From an uncultured delta proteobacterium (GTDB lineage: Bacteria > Myxococcota_A > Polyangia > Palsa-1104), in NCBI GenBank assembly GCA_963785725.1, contig CAWAWS010000022.1, forward strand, positions 128,001 through 192,000: a stretch of 64,000 bases of DNA. Direction: 5' to 3'. Below, in pieces: positions 38,074 through 48,766 of this stretch. The position numbers were made by a program, and so were the translations under genes. How positions within the stretch are numbered: the first letter of the stretch is position 1; every line of letters begins with the position of its first letter. Below the pieces are notes generated by a model. The model saw nothing but the letters and a program-made list of their open reading frames with translations. It had not been told where the DNA came from and searched no databases.

Positions 38074-39303
38074 ATGGCGAAATCGACTCAAGAGGTGGCG
38101 GTGAAACACGACGTCTGTGTCGTCGGCGGAGCGGGCCATGTCGGCGCGCCGCTGGCGTTGGTTCTGGCGCAACATGGCTTTCGCACGCTGATTTACGACG
38201 TCAATCGCGCGGCGCTGGAGACGTTGTCGCAAGGTCGCATGCCCTTCCAAGAGGAGGGTGGCGAAGAGCTGCTGCGCGAGGTCCTGCCGACCGGGAAGCT
38301 GAGCTTTTCGGCCGATATTCACGACATCGCGCACGTGCCCAACATCATCTTGACGATCGGGACGCCGATCGACGAGTTCCACAATCCGATGCTGCGCGTC
38401 GTGCTCGACTGCGTCGACACGCTCTTGCCGCACCTCGACGACGAGCAGACGCTCATCTTGCGCTCGACGGTGTTTCCGGGCGTGACCGATCACGTCGACC
38501 GCTATTTGCGGCAGCGCAACAAGAAGACCAAGGTCGCGTTCTGCCCCGAGCGCGTCGTGCAAGGCTACAGCATTCGCGAGCTGCAGACGTTGCCGCAGGT
38601 TGTCAGCGGCACGACGCCGGCCGCGCAAGAGACGGCGGCGCAGCTGTTCGCGACGATCGCGCCGCAGATCGTGCGCATGGTGCCGAAAGAGGCGGAGTTC
38701 GCCAAGCTCTTCAGCAACGCCTATCGCTACATTCAGTTCGCGGCGACGAATCAGTTCTACATGATGGTGGAAGCGGCCGGGCTCGACTATCACCGGCTGC
38801 TCGAAGGCCTCAAAGCCGACTATCCGCGCATGCGCGACCTGCCGGGACCGGGTTTGTCGGCCGGTCCGTGCCTCTATAAAGATACGTTGCAGCTGGCGGC
38901 GTTCGCCAATCATCAGTTCGCGCTCGGTTACGCGGCCATGCAGATCAACGAAGGGCTGCCGCAGTTCCTCGTCGGTCAGCTGGCGGAGCGGCACAACTTG
39001 AACGAGCTGACCGTCGGCCTGCTCGGCATGGCGTTCAAGGCCGAGAGCGACGACATCCGCTCGTCGCTGAGCTACAAGCTGAAGAAGCTGCTGCAGTTTC
39101 ACGCGCGCAACGTCATCACGACCGATCCCTACGTGAAGAACGATCCCGACCTCTTGCCGCTCGAAGACGTGCTGGCCAAGAGCGACGTGCTCGTCGTCTG
39201 CGTGCCGCACATGCCGTACAAGAGCCTCGACTTGAGCGGCAAGATCGTCGTCGACATGTGGAACATCTATCGCAAGCAGGCTGCGGCGCGTCCGCAGTCG
39301 TGA
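38074..39303 (+). CDS. UDP-glucose/GDP-mannose dehydrogenase family nucleotide-sugar dehydrogenase
   Basis: VVGGAGHVG, IGTP, RSTVFPG, FCPER, AEFAKLFSN, GPCLYKD, AFKAESDDIRSS. Confidence 0.93.
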   Translation: MAKSTQEVAVKHDVCVVGGAGHVGAPLALVLAQHGFRTLIYDVNRAALETLSQGRMPFQEEGGEELLREVLPTGKLSFSADIHDIAHVPNIILTIGTPIDEFHNPMLRVVLDCVDTLLPHLDDEQTLILRSTVFPGVTDHVDRYLRQRNKKTKVAFCPERVVQGYSIRELQTLPQVVSGTTPAAQETAAQLFATIAPQIVRMVPKEAEFAKLFSNAYRYIQFAATNQFYMMVEAAGLDYHRLLEGLKADYPRMRDLPGPGLSAGPCLYKDTLQLAAFANHQFALGYAAMQINEGLPQFLVGQLAERHNLNELTVGLLGMAFKAESDDIRSSLSYKLKKLLQFHARNVITTDPYVKNDPDLLPLEDVLAKSDVLVVCVPHMPYKSLDLSGKIVVDMWNIYRKQAAARPQS

Positions 39304-40328
39304 GCCTGCCGGTGCGCGTGGCCGTCATCGGCGGCGGCTTCGGCCAGCAGGTGCACGTGCCCGCGTTTCGCCGCGACGAGCGCGCGCGCGTGGAGCTCTT
39401 GTGCGTGTCGACCGAGGCGCGAGCGCGCGAACGCGCCGAACGCTTGGGCATCGCGCGCGCGTCGGGCGATTGGCGCGCCGTCGTCGGCGACGGGCAGATC
39501 GACGCGGTGGCCTTGAGCTTGCCGCCGGCGCTGCAGGCCGAAGTCGCGATCGCGGCCGCACGCGCGGGCAAACACGTGTTCGCCGAGAAGCCGCTGGCGA
39601 TGCACGCCGACGAAGGCGCGCCGATCGTGACCGCGCTGCAGGCGAGCGGCTGCGTCGGCGGCATCGACTTCGAGTTTCGCGAGCTTCCGGCGTGGCAGCG
39701 CGCCCGGCAGCTCATGTCCGACGGCGTCATCGGTCGGCTGCGGCAGGTCTACGTCGACTGGCGCGTCGAGACGTTCGCCTATCGCGACGCGCGGCCGAGC
39801 TGGAAGCGCGAGCGCGCGGCCGGCGGCGGCACGCTGAACCTGTTCGCTTCGCACTCGGTCGACGCCATCGCCTGGCTGGTCGGGCCGGTGTCGCGGGTCG
39901 CGGCGCGGTTGACGTCGTTGCGCGCGGGCGAAGCCGAGTCGCGCGTCGACGCTTGGCTGACCGCGGGTGATACGCCGGTGACGCTGGCCATCGCCGCCGA
40001 TGCGACCGGCGCCAACGAGCATCGCCTGACGTTTTACGGCGACGAAGGCGCGCTGACGCTCGAGAATCGGCTGAACGACTATGCCAACGGCTTTACGCTG
40101 ACGATCGATCGACGCGGCCAGCCGCGGCAGACGATCGACGTGCCGGCGGTCGAGCCCGAAGTCGACGGGCGCATCTGGGCCGTCGGCCGGCTCGTGCGTC
40201 GCTTCGTCGACGCCATCGTCGACGGCACGCCGCTTACGCCGAGCATCGCCGACGGGCTCGGCGCGCAGCGCATCATCGACGCCATGCGAGAGGCACATCG
40301 GACGGGACAATGGCAGAACCTCAGCTAG
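39300..40328 (+). CDS. Gfo/Idh/MocA oxidoreductase
   Basis: VAVIGGGFG, GKHVFAEKPLA, GGG…ASHSVD. Confidence 0.92.
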   Translation: MSLPVRVAVIGGGFGQQVHVPAFRRDERARVELLCVSTEARARERAERLGIARASGDWRAVVGDGQIDAVALSLPPALQAEVAIAAARAGKHVFAEKPLAMHADEGAPIVTALQASGCVGGIDFEFRELPAWQRARQLMSDGVIGRLRQVYVDWRVETFAYRDARPSWKRERAAGGGTLNLFASHSVDAIAWLVGPVSRVAARLTSLRAGEAESRVDAWLTAGDTPVTLAIAADATGANEHRLTFYGDEGALTLENRLNDYANGFTLTIDRRGQPRQTIDVPAVEPEVDGRIWAVGRLVRRFVDAIVDGTPLTPSIADGLGAQRIIDAMREAHRTGQWQNLS

Positions 40329-41056
40329 ACATCGTCATCCCGGTCTACAACGAAGGCGCCGCCATCGGTGACGTCCTGCGTTCGCTGGCCGATCACGTGC
40401 GCACGCCGTTTCGCGTGCTCATTTGCTACGACCGCGACGAAGACGACACCTTGCCGGCGCTGGCGCCCTTCGAAGCGCGCGGCATGCCGATCGTGCGCGT
40501 CAAGAATCGCGGCCGCGGCGCGTTCGGCGCCGTCGTCACCGGTTTCGAGGAGAGCCGCGCGCCGGCCGTGCTCGTCTTCCCCGCCGACGACGACTACAAC
40601 GCGCCGCGCCTCGACGCGATGGTCGCCAAGATGAACGAAGGCTACGACATCGTGTGCGCCAGCCGCTTCATCCCCGGCGGCCGCATGGTCGGCTGCCCGC
40701 CGCTCAAAGCGGCCATCGTGCGCAGCTCGGCGCTCGTGCTGCATCATGTGGCGCGCCTGCCGTCGCACGATTCGTCGAACGGCTTTCGCCTGTTTTCGCG
40801 GCGCGTCCTGCAGACCATCCCGCTCGAATCGACCGAAGGCTTCACCTACAGCATCGAGCTCTTGGTCAAAGCGCATCGGCTCGGCTGGCGCATCGGCGAA
40901 GTGGCCGTCGAGTGGTTCGAGCGCAAAGCGGGAAAGAGTCGCTTTCAAGTCATCGGTTGGCTACCGTCCTACTTCACCTGGTTCGCTTACGCCTTTGAAA
41001 CGACGTATCTGCGCCGCGGTCCGAGCAGCGTGCGACGTCGGGAGATCCTCACGTGA
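40310..41056 (+). CDS. GT2 polyprenol-phosphate glycosyltransferase (DPM1/ArnC-like)
   Basis: IVIPVYNE, ADD, ASRF, D…GFRLF, R..GKS. Confidence 0.9.
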   Translation: MAEPQLDIVIPVYNEGAAIGDVLRSLADHVRTPFRVLICYDRDEDDTLPALAPFEARGMPIVRVKNRGRGAFGAVVTGFEESRAPAVLVFPADDDYNAPRLDAMVAKMNEGYDIVCASRFIPGGRMVGCPPLKAAIVRSSALVLHHVARLPSHDSSNGFRLFSRRVLQTIPLESTEGFTYSIELLVKAHRLGWRIGEVAVEWFERKAGKSRFQVIGWLPSYFTWFAYAFETTYLRRGPSSVRRREILT

Positions 41057-42045
41057 ACATCTCAGGCTCACGATTCCTCGTCACCGGAGGCACCGGCTTC
41101 ATCGGCAGCGCGCTCGTGCGCGGGCTGCTTTCCGCGGGCGCGATCGTGCGCTCGCTCGACGACGACTCGCGCGGCGCCAGTCATCGGTTGGCCGACCTCG
41201 ATCCCGACGCCAAGTCGCGTCTCGAGCTCGTGCGCGGCGACATTCGCGACCCGGACGCGGTGGCCGACGCCATCGCCGGCGTCGACAGCGTCTTGCACCT
41301 CGCCTACGTCAACGGCACCGAATATTTCTACAGTAAGCCGGAGCTGGTGCTCGAGGTCGCCGTCAAGGGCATGATGAACGTGCTCGACGGCTGCATCGCC
41401 CACGGCGTGCGCGATCTCGTGCTGGCGTCGTCGTCGGAGGTCTACCAAACGCCGCCGACCGTGCCCACCGACGAGCGCGCGCCGTTGATCGTGCCCGACG
41501 TGCTCAACCCGCGCTATTCCTACGGCGGCGGCAAGATCATCTCCGAGCTCTTGGCGGTCAACTATGGGCGCAAGCATTTTTCGCGCGTCGCCATCTTCCG
41601 CCCGCACAACTGCTACGGCCCGGACATGGGCAACGAGCACGTCATCCCGCAGCTGACGCGACGGCTGCACGAGCTGGCGACGGCCACGCCCGGTCCGCTG
41701 ACCTTGCCGATTCAAGGCAGCGGCAGCGAGATTCGCGCCTTCGTCTACATCGACGATCTGGTCGACGGCGTCTTGCGCGTCATCAAAGACGGCGAGCATC
41801 TCGGCATCTTCCACATCGGCACCGACGTCGAGGTGCAGATCGGCGAGCTGGCCAAGGCCATCGGTCGCGTGCTCGGTCGGCAGGTGACGCTGCAGCCGGG
41901 ACCGCTGCAGCCGGGCGGAACGTTGCGGCGCTGCCCGGACATCACGAAGCTGCGCGCGCTCGGTTACACGCCGAAGACGTCGCTCGACGCGGGGCTGGCG
42001 AGCACGGTGCGCTGGTACATTCAGCAATTCGAAGAGAGGAAATAA
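41053..42045 (+). CDS. NAD-dependent epimerase/dehydratase (UDP-GlcA decarboxylase-like SDR)
   Basis: TGGTGFIG, SSSEVY, PRYSYGGGK, NCYGP, RAFVYIDD, RRCPDI. Confidence 0.9.
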   Translation: MNISGSRFLVTGGTGFIGSALVRGLLSAGAIVRSLDDDSRGASHRLADLDPDAKSRLELVRGDIRDPDAVADAIAGVDSVLHLAYVNGTEYFYSKPELVLEVAVKGMMNVLDGCIAHGVRDLVLASSSEVYQTPPTVPTDERAPLIVPDVLNPRYSYGGGKIISELLAVNYGRKHFSRVAIFRPHNCYGPDMGNEHVIPQLTRRLHELATATPGPLTLPIQGSGSEIRAFVYIDDLVDGVLRVIKDGEHLGIFHIGTDVEVQIGELAKAIGRVLGRQVTLQPGPLQPGGTLRRCPDITKLRALGYTPKTSLDAGLASTVRWYIQQFEERK

Positions 42046-43328
42046 TGTCTCAGACTACGAAACTGGCGGCAGGCTCGGGCGGCAGCGTGTTGGTCGATCA
42101 GTGCCAGGTGTGCGCGTCGAAGGAGCTCGATCCGGTGTTCTTCGCCGGCTATTTGCCGCCGGTCAACGGCATGCCCGCGGTCGGCTCGCAGCCGGTCGAG
42201 CAGCCGGCCTATCCGGCGCAAGTGCTCTCGTGCCGTCGCTGCAAGCTGGCGCAGCTCGGGCTGGTCGTCGATCCGGCGATCCTGTTTCCGCCGAGCTATC
42301 CCTATACGAGCGGCACGACCAAGATCTTGCGCGACAACTTTGCGCAGCTCTACACCGAGGTCGCGGCGCTCTATCCGTTGCGGCGCGAGCAGCTCGTCGT
42401 CGATATCGGCTCCAACGACGGCACGCTCCTCAGCAACTTTCACGCGCAGGGCATTCGCGTGCACGGCATCGAGCCGACGAACGCCGGCAAGCTGGCCAAC
42501 GAGCGCGGCATTCGCACGCTCATGTCGTTCTTCAATCGCAAAGCGGTCGACACCGTCATCGCCGAAGAGCGCGGCCGCGCGCATATCGTCACCGCCACCA
42601 ACGTCTTCGCGCACATCGAGGACACGGCCGAGGTCATGCGCTGCCTGCTCGCGCTCCTCGACGAGGACGGCATCTTCATCAGCGAATCGCACTACTGGGT
42701 GTCGCTCTTGGAGACGCTGCAATACGACACGGTCTATCACGAGCATCTGCGCTATTACTCGCTGACGAGCTTGCAGTATCTGCTCGAAGCCAATGGGCTC
42801 GAGGTCATTCGCGCCGGCCGCATTCCGACGCACGGCGGCTCGATTCGCGTCTACGCCGCGCGCAAAGGCAAGTATCCCGTCGACGCCAGCGTGCGCGCGA
42901 TTCTGCAGACCGAGGCGACCCAGCTCACCGACGCGGCGCTGGCCGAGTTCCGTCGCGGCGTCGTCGACTCCAAGCTCGGGCTCTATCGACTCTTGCAGGA
43001 GATTCACGCGGCCGGCGACCACGTCTACGGCGTCGGCGCGCCGTCGCGGGCCTCGACGCTCATCAATTACGTCGGCCTCGACGAGGGCATCATCGACTGC
43101 GTGCTCGAGATCAAAGGCTCGTACAAGATCGGCAAGTACATTCCAGGCACGCTGATTCCGGTGCTGGAAGAGTCGCGACTGTTCGAGGATCAGCCGAAAT
43201 ATGCGCTGCTCTTGTCGTGGCACATCGCCGACGAGCTGATTCCCAAGCTCAAAGCGCGCGGCTTCAAGGGCGACTTCATCGTTCCCTTGCCCAAGCCGCA
43301 CATCGTGCGCGGCGGCCAAGCGGGCTAG
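42045..43328 (+). CDS. NDP-sugar C-methyltransferase (Zn-binding)
   Basis: CQVC…CRRC…LAQL, DIGSNDG, NVFAH, YDTVYHEH, THGGSIR, GAPSR, LSW. Confidence 0.9.
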   Translation: MSQTTKLAAGSGGSVLVDQCQVCASKELDPVFFAGYLPPVNGMPAVGSQPVEQPAYPAQVLSCRRCKLAQLGLVVDPAILFPPSYPYTSGTTKILRDNFAQLYTEVAALYPLRREQLVVDIGSNDGTLLSNFHAQGIRVHGIEPTNAGKLANERGIRTLMSFFNRKAVDTVIAEERGRAHIVTATNVFAHIEDTAEVMRCLLALLDEDGIFISESHYWVSLLETLQYDTVYHEHLRYYSLTSLQYLLEANGLEVIRAGRIPTHGGSIRVYAARKGKYPVDASVRAILQTEATQLTDAALAEFRRGVVDSKLGLYRLLQEIHAAGDHVYGVGAPSRASTLINYVGLDEGIIDCVLEIKGSYKIGKYIPGTLIPVLEESRLFEDQPKYALLLSWHIADELIPKLKARGFKGDFIVPLPKPHIVRGGQAG

Positions 43329-43330
43329 TC

Positions 43331-44074
43331 ATGGCGCGCCCCATCGAAGCGCAGCGCGAGATCGACTTCTTCGATCGTTTCGTGGCCGAGCACGGTGATT
43401 ACGACGTGCTCGGCGAAGGCGCCTATCGTCGGCTGCACGAGGCCTTCGTCAGCGACGTGCGACCGCGCGCGGGCGAGCGCTGCATCGATCTCGGCTGCGG
43501 CACCGGCGCCTTTACGCGTCGACTGCGCGGGCTCGGCCTCGTCCTCGCGGGCATGGACATCTCGCCCAACTCGGTGGAGCTGGCGAAGAAGATCGCGCCC
43601 GACGTCGACTACTCGGTCGGCGACATCACCGCCACCGGGCTGCCGGATGCGAGCCAAGACATCATCTTGTACTCGGGCGTGCTGCACCATTTCAGCACGC
43701 CGGCGGCGCGGCGCGAGGTCGTGCGCGAAGGCTATCGGCTGCTCAAGCCCGGCGGACGGCTGTTCGCGTACGATCCGAGCGCGCACAGCCCGTCGATGTG
43801 GCTTTACCGCGACCCGCGCTCGCCGCTGTTTTCGGCCAAGGGCAAGACCGAGAACGAGGTGCTGCTCGACCGCGACGCGCTCGCCGGCGAGCTGCGCGCG
43901 GGCGGCTTTCGCCGGGTCGACATTCGCGGCTTGGCGGGGATTTCGTTCGCGTTCGTCGAGAGCCGCTTCGCGAGCCTGATCTTGCCGCTCTACAACGCCT
44001 ACGAATCGATCTTGCACTACTCGCCCTTGGAAAACCGCCTGGGCACGTTCCTCGTCAGCGTCGCCGTCAAGTAA
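43331..44074 (+). CDS. class I SAM-dependent methyltransferase
   Basis: IDLGCGTG, GMDIS, GD…LP, GVLHH, RLLKPGG. Confidence 0.9.
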   Translation: MARPIEAQREIDFFDRFVAEHGDYDVLGEGAYRRLHEAFVSDVRPRAGERCIDLGCGTGAFTRRLRGLGLVLAGMDISPNSVELAKKIAPDVDYSVGDITATGLPDASQDIILYSGVLHHFSTPAARREVVREGYRLLKPGGRLFAYDPSAHSPSMWLYRDPRSPLFSAKGKTENEVLLDRDALAGELRAGGFRRVDIRGLAGISFAFVESRFASLILPLYNAYESILHYSPLENRLGTFLVSVAVK

Positions 44075-44265
44075 CCGCGCGCACTCGGCGCCGCATTTCC
44101 TCATCCGACCAAGGGCTGATCCCAACGCAATCTTGCAGTCGCTGCCGTATCGCGTCCGCATCCGCTGCGTCGGCGGCGGCGACTTGGGCGTCGCGTCCAC
44201 AAGTGCGAAGGCGAATGGCTTTTTTGCCCGCCATTTCTTGGTGCCAGCGCATACGATGGCGAATC

Positions 44266-45627
44266 ATGACTTCGCTCTCGAGCCGCGCCGCGGTTGCTCA
44301 CGCTGTCGCGGCGACGCTCCTATGTTTTCAGGCCTTCGCGCACGCCGAACAGCCGTCGCTGACGCCGCAACAGATCGCGGCCATGGCGCTGCCGTCGGTC
44401 GTGCGCATCGAGGTGCCGGGCGGGCTCGGCTCCGGCTTTGTCGTGCGCGCCGATGGCCGCATCATCACCAACCTGCACGTCGTCACCGGCGCGCACGAGG
44501 CGACGGTCGTCCTGGCCGACGGACGCAAGCTGAGCGGCGTCGAGATCCTGGAAGCCAATGAGGCGTTCGATCTGGCGCTGCTCAAGGTGCCTGCCGTCAA
44601 GCTGGCGCCGCTGCCGCTCGGCGACTCGAGCAAGGTCCAGGTCGGCCAGCACGTCGTCGCCATCGGCCATCCGCTCGGCCTCAGCAACACCGTCTCCGAC
44701 GGGCTGGTGAGCGGGCTCAGGCAGATCAGCGCCCAGGCGTCGCTGCTGCAACTGAGCGCGCCCATCTCTCCCGGCTCGTCGGGCGGGCCGATCATCGACG
44801 AGCATGGAGAGGTCATCGGCGTCTCGACGCTGATCATCACCCAGGGGCAGAACCTCAACTTCGGCGTGGCGATCAATGCCGTCAAGCCGATGCTCGACGC
44901 CAAGGTGGGGACAGCGCTGGCGGCCTACAAGTGGAAGACGAGCGGCAAGCTGCAGCGCGACGTGCCGCGGCACGCGCTGAGCCTGCTCGCCGGCTGCTCC
45001 GGCCCCAGCATGCACACCATCGTCGATCGCATCGAGGCGGCCATCTCCGTCGGTGCGCCCGCGTACAACGAAGGCAACCACGAAGGCTGTTACCGCGCCT
45101 ATGCCGCCGCTGCCGTCGCCGTCGACCGCGAGGTCAAGGACTGCGCCGGCCCGCGCGACGCGCTCTTGGCCGGGGTGCGCAAGGCCGACAAGCTCGGCAG
45201 CAGCACCGAGAAGGCGTGGGCGATGCGCGACGCGTTCGACGGCGTGCTCGACGTCGTCGCGCGCCATGACGCGGCGGCCGCGCAGACGCCGCCGGCGCGA
45301 CACGTGCCGACCCATCCGCTCGAGCTGCTCGAGGGCTGCAGCCAGGCCAACGGGCGCGAGATCGCGCACGCCATCGGTAGCGCCATCGACGTCGGCGCGC
45401 CGCTCTACAACCAAGGAAACATCGAGGCCTGCTTCCGCGTCTACGAAGGCGCGGCGCTCGACGTGCAGCGCCGGGTCAGCGGCTGCGCCGGCGCCAAGGA
45501 GGCGCTCTTGACGGGCGTCAGCGAGGCGAAGCGGCGCGCCGGCTTCGTCGACAAGGCGTGGGCGATGCGCGACGCGTTCGACGGCGTGCTCGACCTCTTG
45601 CAGCGCAAGTGGGGCGTCACACCCTGA
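44266..45627 (+). CDS. secreted trypsin-like (S1C) serine protease with two tandem ~100-aa helical C-terminal repeats
   Basis: TNLHVV, DLALL, GSSGGP triad; duplicated AIxVGAPxYNxGNxExC…C…KAWAMRDAFDGVLD; no PDZ. Confidence 0.88.
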   Translation: MTSLSSRAAVAHAVAATLLCFQAFAHAEQPSLTPQQIAAMALPSVVRIEVPGGLGSGFVVRADGRIITNLHVVTGAHEATVVLADGRKLSGVEILEANEAFDLALLKVPAVKLAPLPLGDSSKVQVGQHVVAIGHPLGLSNTVSDGLVSGLRQISAQASLLQLSAPISPGSSGGPIIDEHGEVIGVSTLIITQGQNLNFGVAINAVKPMLDAKVGTALAAYKWKTSGKLQRDVPRHALSLLAGCSGPSMHTIVDRIEAAISVGAPAYNEGNHEGCYRAYAAAAVAVDREVKDCAGPRDALLAGVRKADKLGSSTEKAWAMRDAFDGVLDVVARHDAAAAQTPPARHVPTHPLELLEGCSQANGREIAHAIGSAIDVGAPLYNQGNIEACFRVYEGAALDVQRRVSGCAGAKEALLTGVSEAKRRAGFVDKAWAMRDAFDGVLDLLQRKWGVTP

Positions 45628-45713
45628 CGAGGGTGGCCGCGCCGGTGGGTCCGCTCACCGACTGCAGCGGCGCTCTGCGGACGGAGCGCGTATACTGAGC
45701 AGCCGGCACCACC

Positions 45714-46463
45714 ATGAGCTCACGCCGCTCCCTCATTCTCGCCGCCGCTCTCGCCTGGCTCCTCGAGCATGTCATCCCCTTTGGTCGCCTCGCGCTTTAC
45801 CCGTTTACGCTCCTGGCCACCTGGATCCACGAAACCGGACACGGCTTGGCCGGCCTGGCGACGGGCGGCTCGTTCCAGCGGCTCGTCATCTACTGGGACG
45901 CGTCCGGCTACGCGCTCGCCGGCAGCGGCGTCGGCTGGCGCCAAGCGGTCGTCAGCCTCGGCGGCCTCTGGGCGCCGCCGCTCGTTGGCGCGCTACTGCT
46001 CGCCACGGTGCGCGGTCCGCGCCGCGCGCGCGTGGCGCTGTTGGTCCTGGCGGCGCTCATGCTCCTGACGCTCGTGCTCTGGGTGCGCTCGCCCGCCGGT
46101 TACCTCGCGGTGCCGCTGACGGCCGCGCTCGTCGCCTGGGTCGCCCTCTTCGCCGCGCCGCAGCGGCGCGTGCTGTTCGCGCAATTCATCGCCATTACGC
46201 TCGCGCTCGACACCCTCGGGCGCATGGTCTCGTATGCGCTGTCGACCACGGCCACCGTCGGCGGCAAGGACCAGAAGTCCGACGTCGTCAGGCTCGCCGA
46301 CGCGATGGGCGGTCACTACTTCTTGTGGGGCCTGGTCGTGATCATCGTGGCGATGGCGCTGCTGGCTGCGGGGCTGTGGTTGGCCTGGCGTCCGCCGTGG
46401 CGGAGATCGCCGCGCCGCCAGCGAGCGACCGTGCTGCCGTCGCAGAGACGACCGGCCCGGTAG
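45714..46463 (+). CDS. M50B-like membrane metallopeptidase
   Basis: PFTLLATWIHETGHG, SD…LA, multiple TMs. Confidence 0.88.
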   Translation: MSSRRSLILAAALAWLLEHVIPFGRLALYPFTLLATWIHETGHGLAGLATGGSFQRLVIYWDASGYALAGSGVGWRQAVVSLGGLWAPPLVGALLLATVRGPRRARVALLVLAALMLLTLVLWVRSPAGYLAVPLTAALVAWVALFAAPQRRVLFAQFIAITLALDTLGRMVSYALSTTATVGGKDQKSDVVRLADAMGGHYFLWGLVVIIVAMALLAAGLWLAWRPPWRRSPRRQRATVLPSQRRPAR

Positions 46464-46484
46464 CTCGGAGCGCACGCGCTTCGG

Positions 46485-47797
46485 CTACAGCAGCTGCCGC
46501 GCTTTGATCTCGAGATACTGATGCACCAACGCCGCCGTCAGCTGCCGCGGCGCGACGTCGAGCGTGAGCACCCCGCCCCGCCTGAGCTCGCCGATGAGGC
46601 GCTCGCGCCACACCAGATGCTCGGCCGCGGCCGCCGCCACGCACTGGTCGATGGCGCGCATCCCGCCCGCTCCCGGCGCTTCCGCGAGCTGCTCGATGTC
46701 GGCGTCGCGAAACAGCACCACCAGCGCCAGATGGCGCGGCATGAGGCCCTTGGCGAAGCGCACCAGCTCGCGCGCGCCCAGGTCGTCGATGACCTGCGTG
46801 AACAGCACCACCAGCGAGCGTTTGCGCGCCCGCAGCACCAGCTGCGCCTGGGCCACGCGGAAGTCGGTCTCGCAGGGCCGTGGCTGCAGATCGTAGCTGG
46901 CCTGGATGATGCGCTGGTTCGACCGCCGCCCCGGCGCCGGCGTCACGAAGCGGCGCACGACCGAATCGAAGGCCAGCTGGCCCACGTGATCGCCGAGGCG
47001 TAGCGCCACGTGCGAGAGCATGAGGCTGGCGTTGAGCGCGTGGTCGAGCTGCGACTGGCCGCCGCTCTCGGCGCTCATGAGCCGCCCGCAGTCGAGCGCG
47101 AACAAGAGGCTCTGGTTGCGCTCGAGCTGGTGCTCGCGGGTGATCAGCTTCTGGTTGCGCGCCGTCGCTTTCCAGTCGATGTTGCGGAACTCGTCGTCGC
47201 GCTGGTACTCGCGCAGCCGCTCGAACTCGGTCTCGCCGCCGCGCAGCCGCACCGTCCGCCACAGCGCATGCTCGCGATCCTGCCGCGCCAAGAGCTCCCA
47301 GGCGCGCACCGCCTGCAGATCGGGATAGACGTGGACCTCGTCGCGCGCCGGCTGACGGCGTTGGCGCTGCCACAGCCCGAGCGGAGTCGACCAGCGCAGA
47401 TGATGGTCGCCGAGCGCGAACGCCCCGCGCTCGGTCGGTCGCACGCGGTAGCGCACCGTCGCCGAAGCGCCCGGCGGCAGCACCAGCGTCGCCGGCAAAC
47501 CCTCGCCGCGCGCGCTCGGGAAGAGGTCGTCGGTGACCTCGACCGTCAGCGTGCGCCGCGCCCGCGACGTGATCGTGAGCTCGACGGCGTTGGCGCGACC
47601 GATCGAAAAGGTCGCCGGCTTGAGCCGCTCGACCTCGACGAAGCCGCGCCGCGCCCAGAGCGCATCGACGGCGGCGACGAGCGCGATGGCGAGGTCGGTG
47701 ACGAGGAGGGCCGGCCACAGGCGACGGTTGGCGAAGACCGCCAACGCCAATCCCAAGGTCAGCGCGCCCACCAGCACCAGCCGTCGCGACGGGATCA

Positions 47798-47801
<4 letters not shown>
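46485..47801 (-). CDS. DUF58 family protein
   Basis: GETEFERLREYQRDDEFRNIDWKATAR, LDCGRLM, YLEIKARQLL. Confidence 0.92.
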
Positions 47802-48762
<961 letters not shown>

Positions 48763-48766
<4 letters not shown>

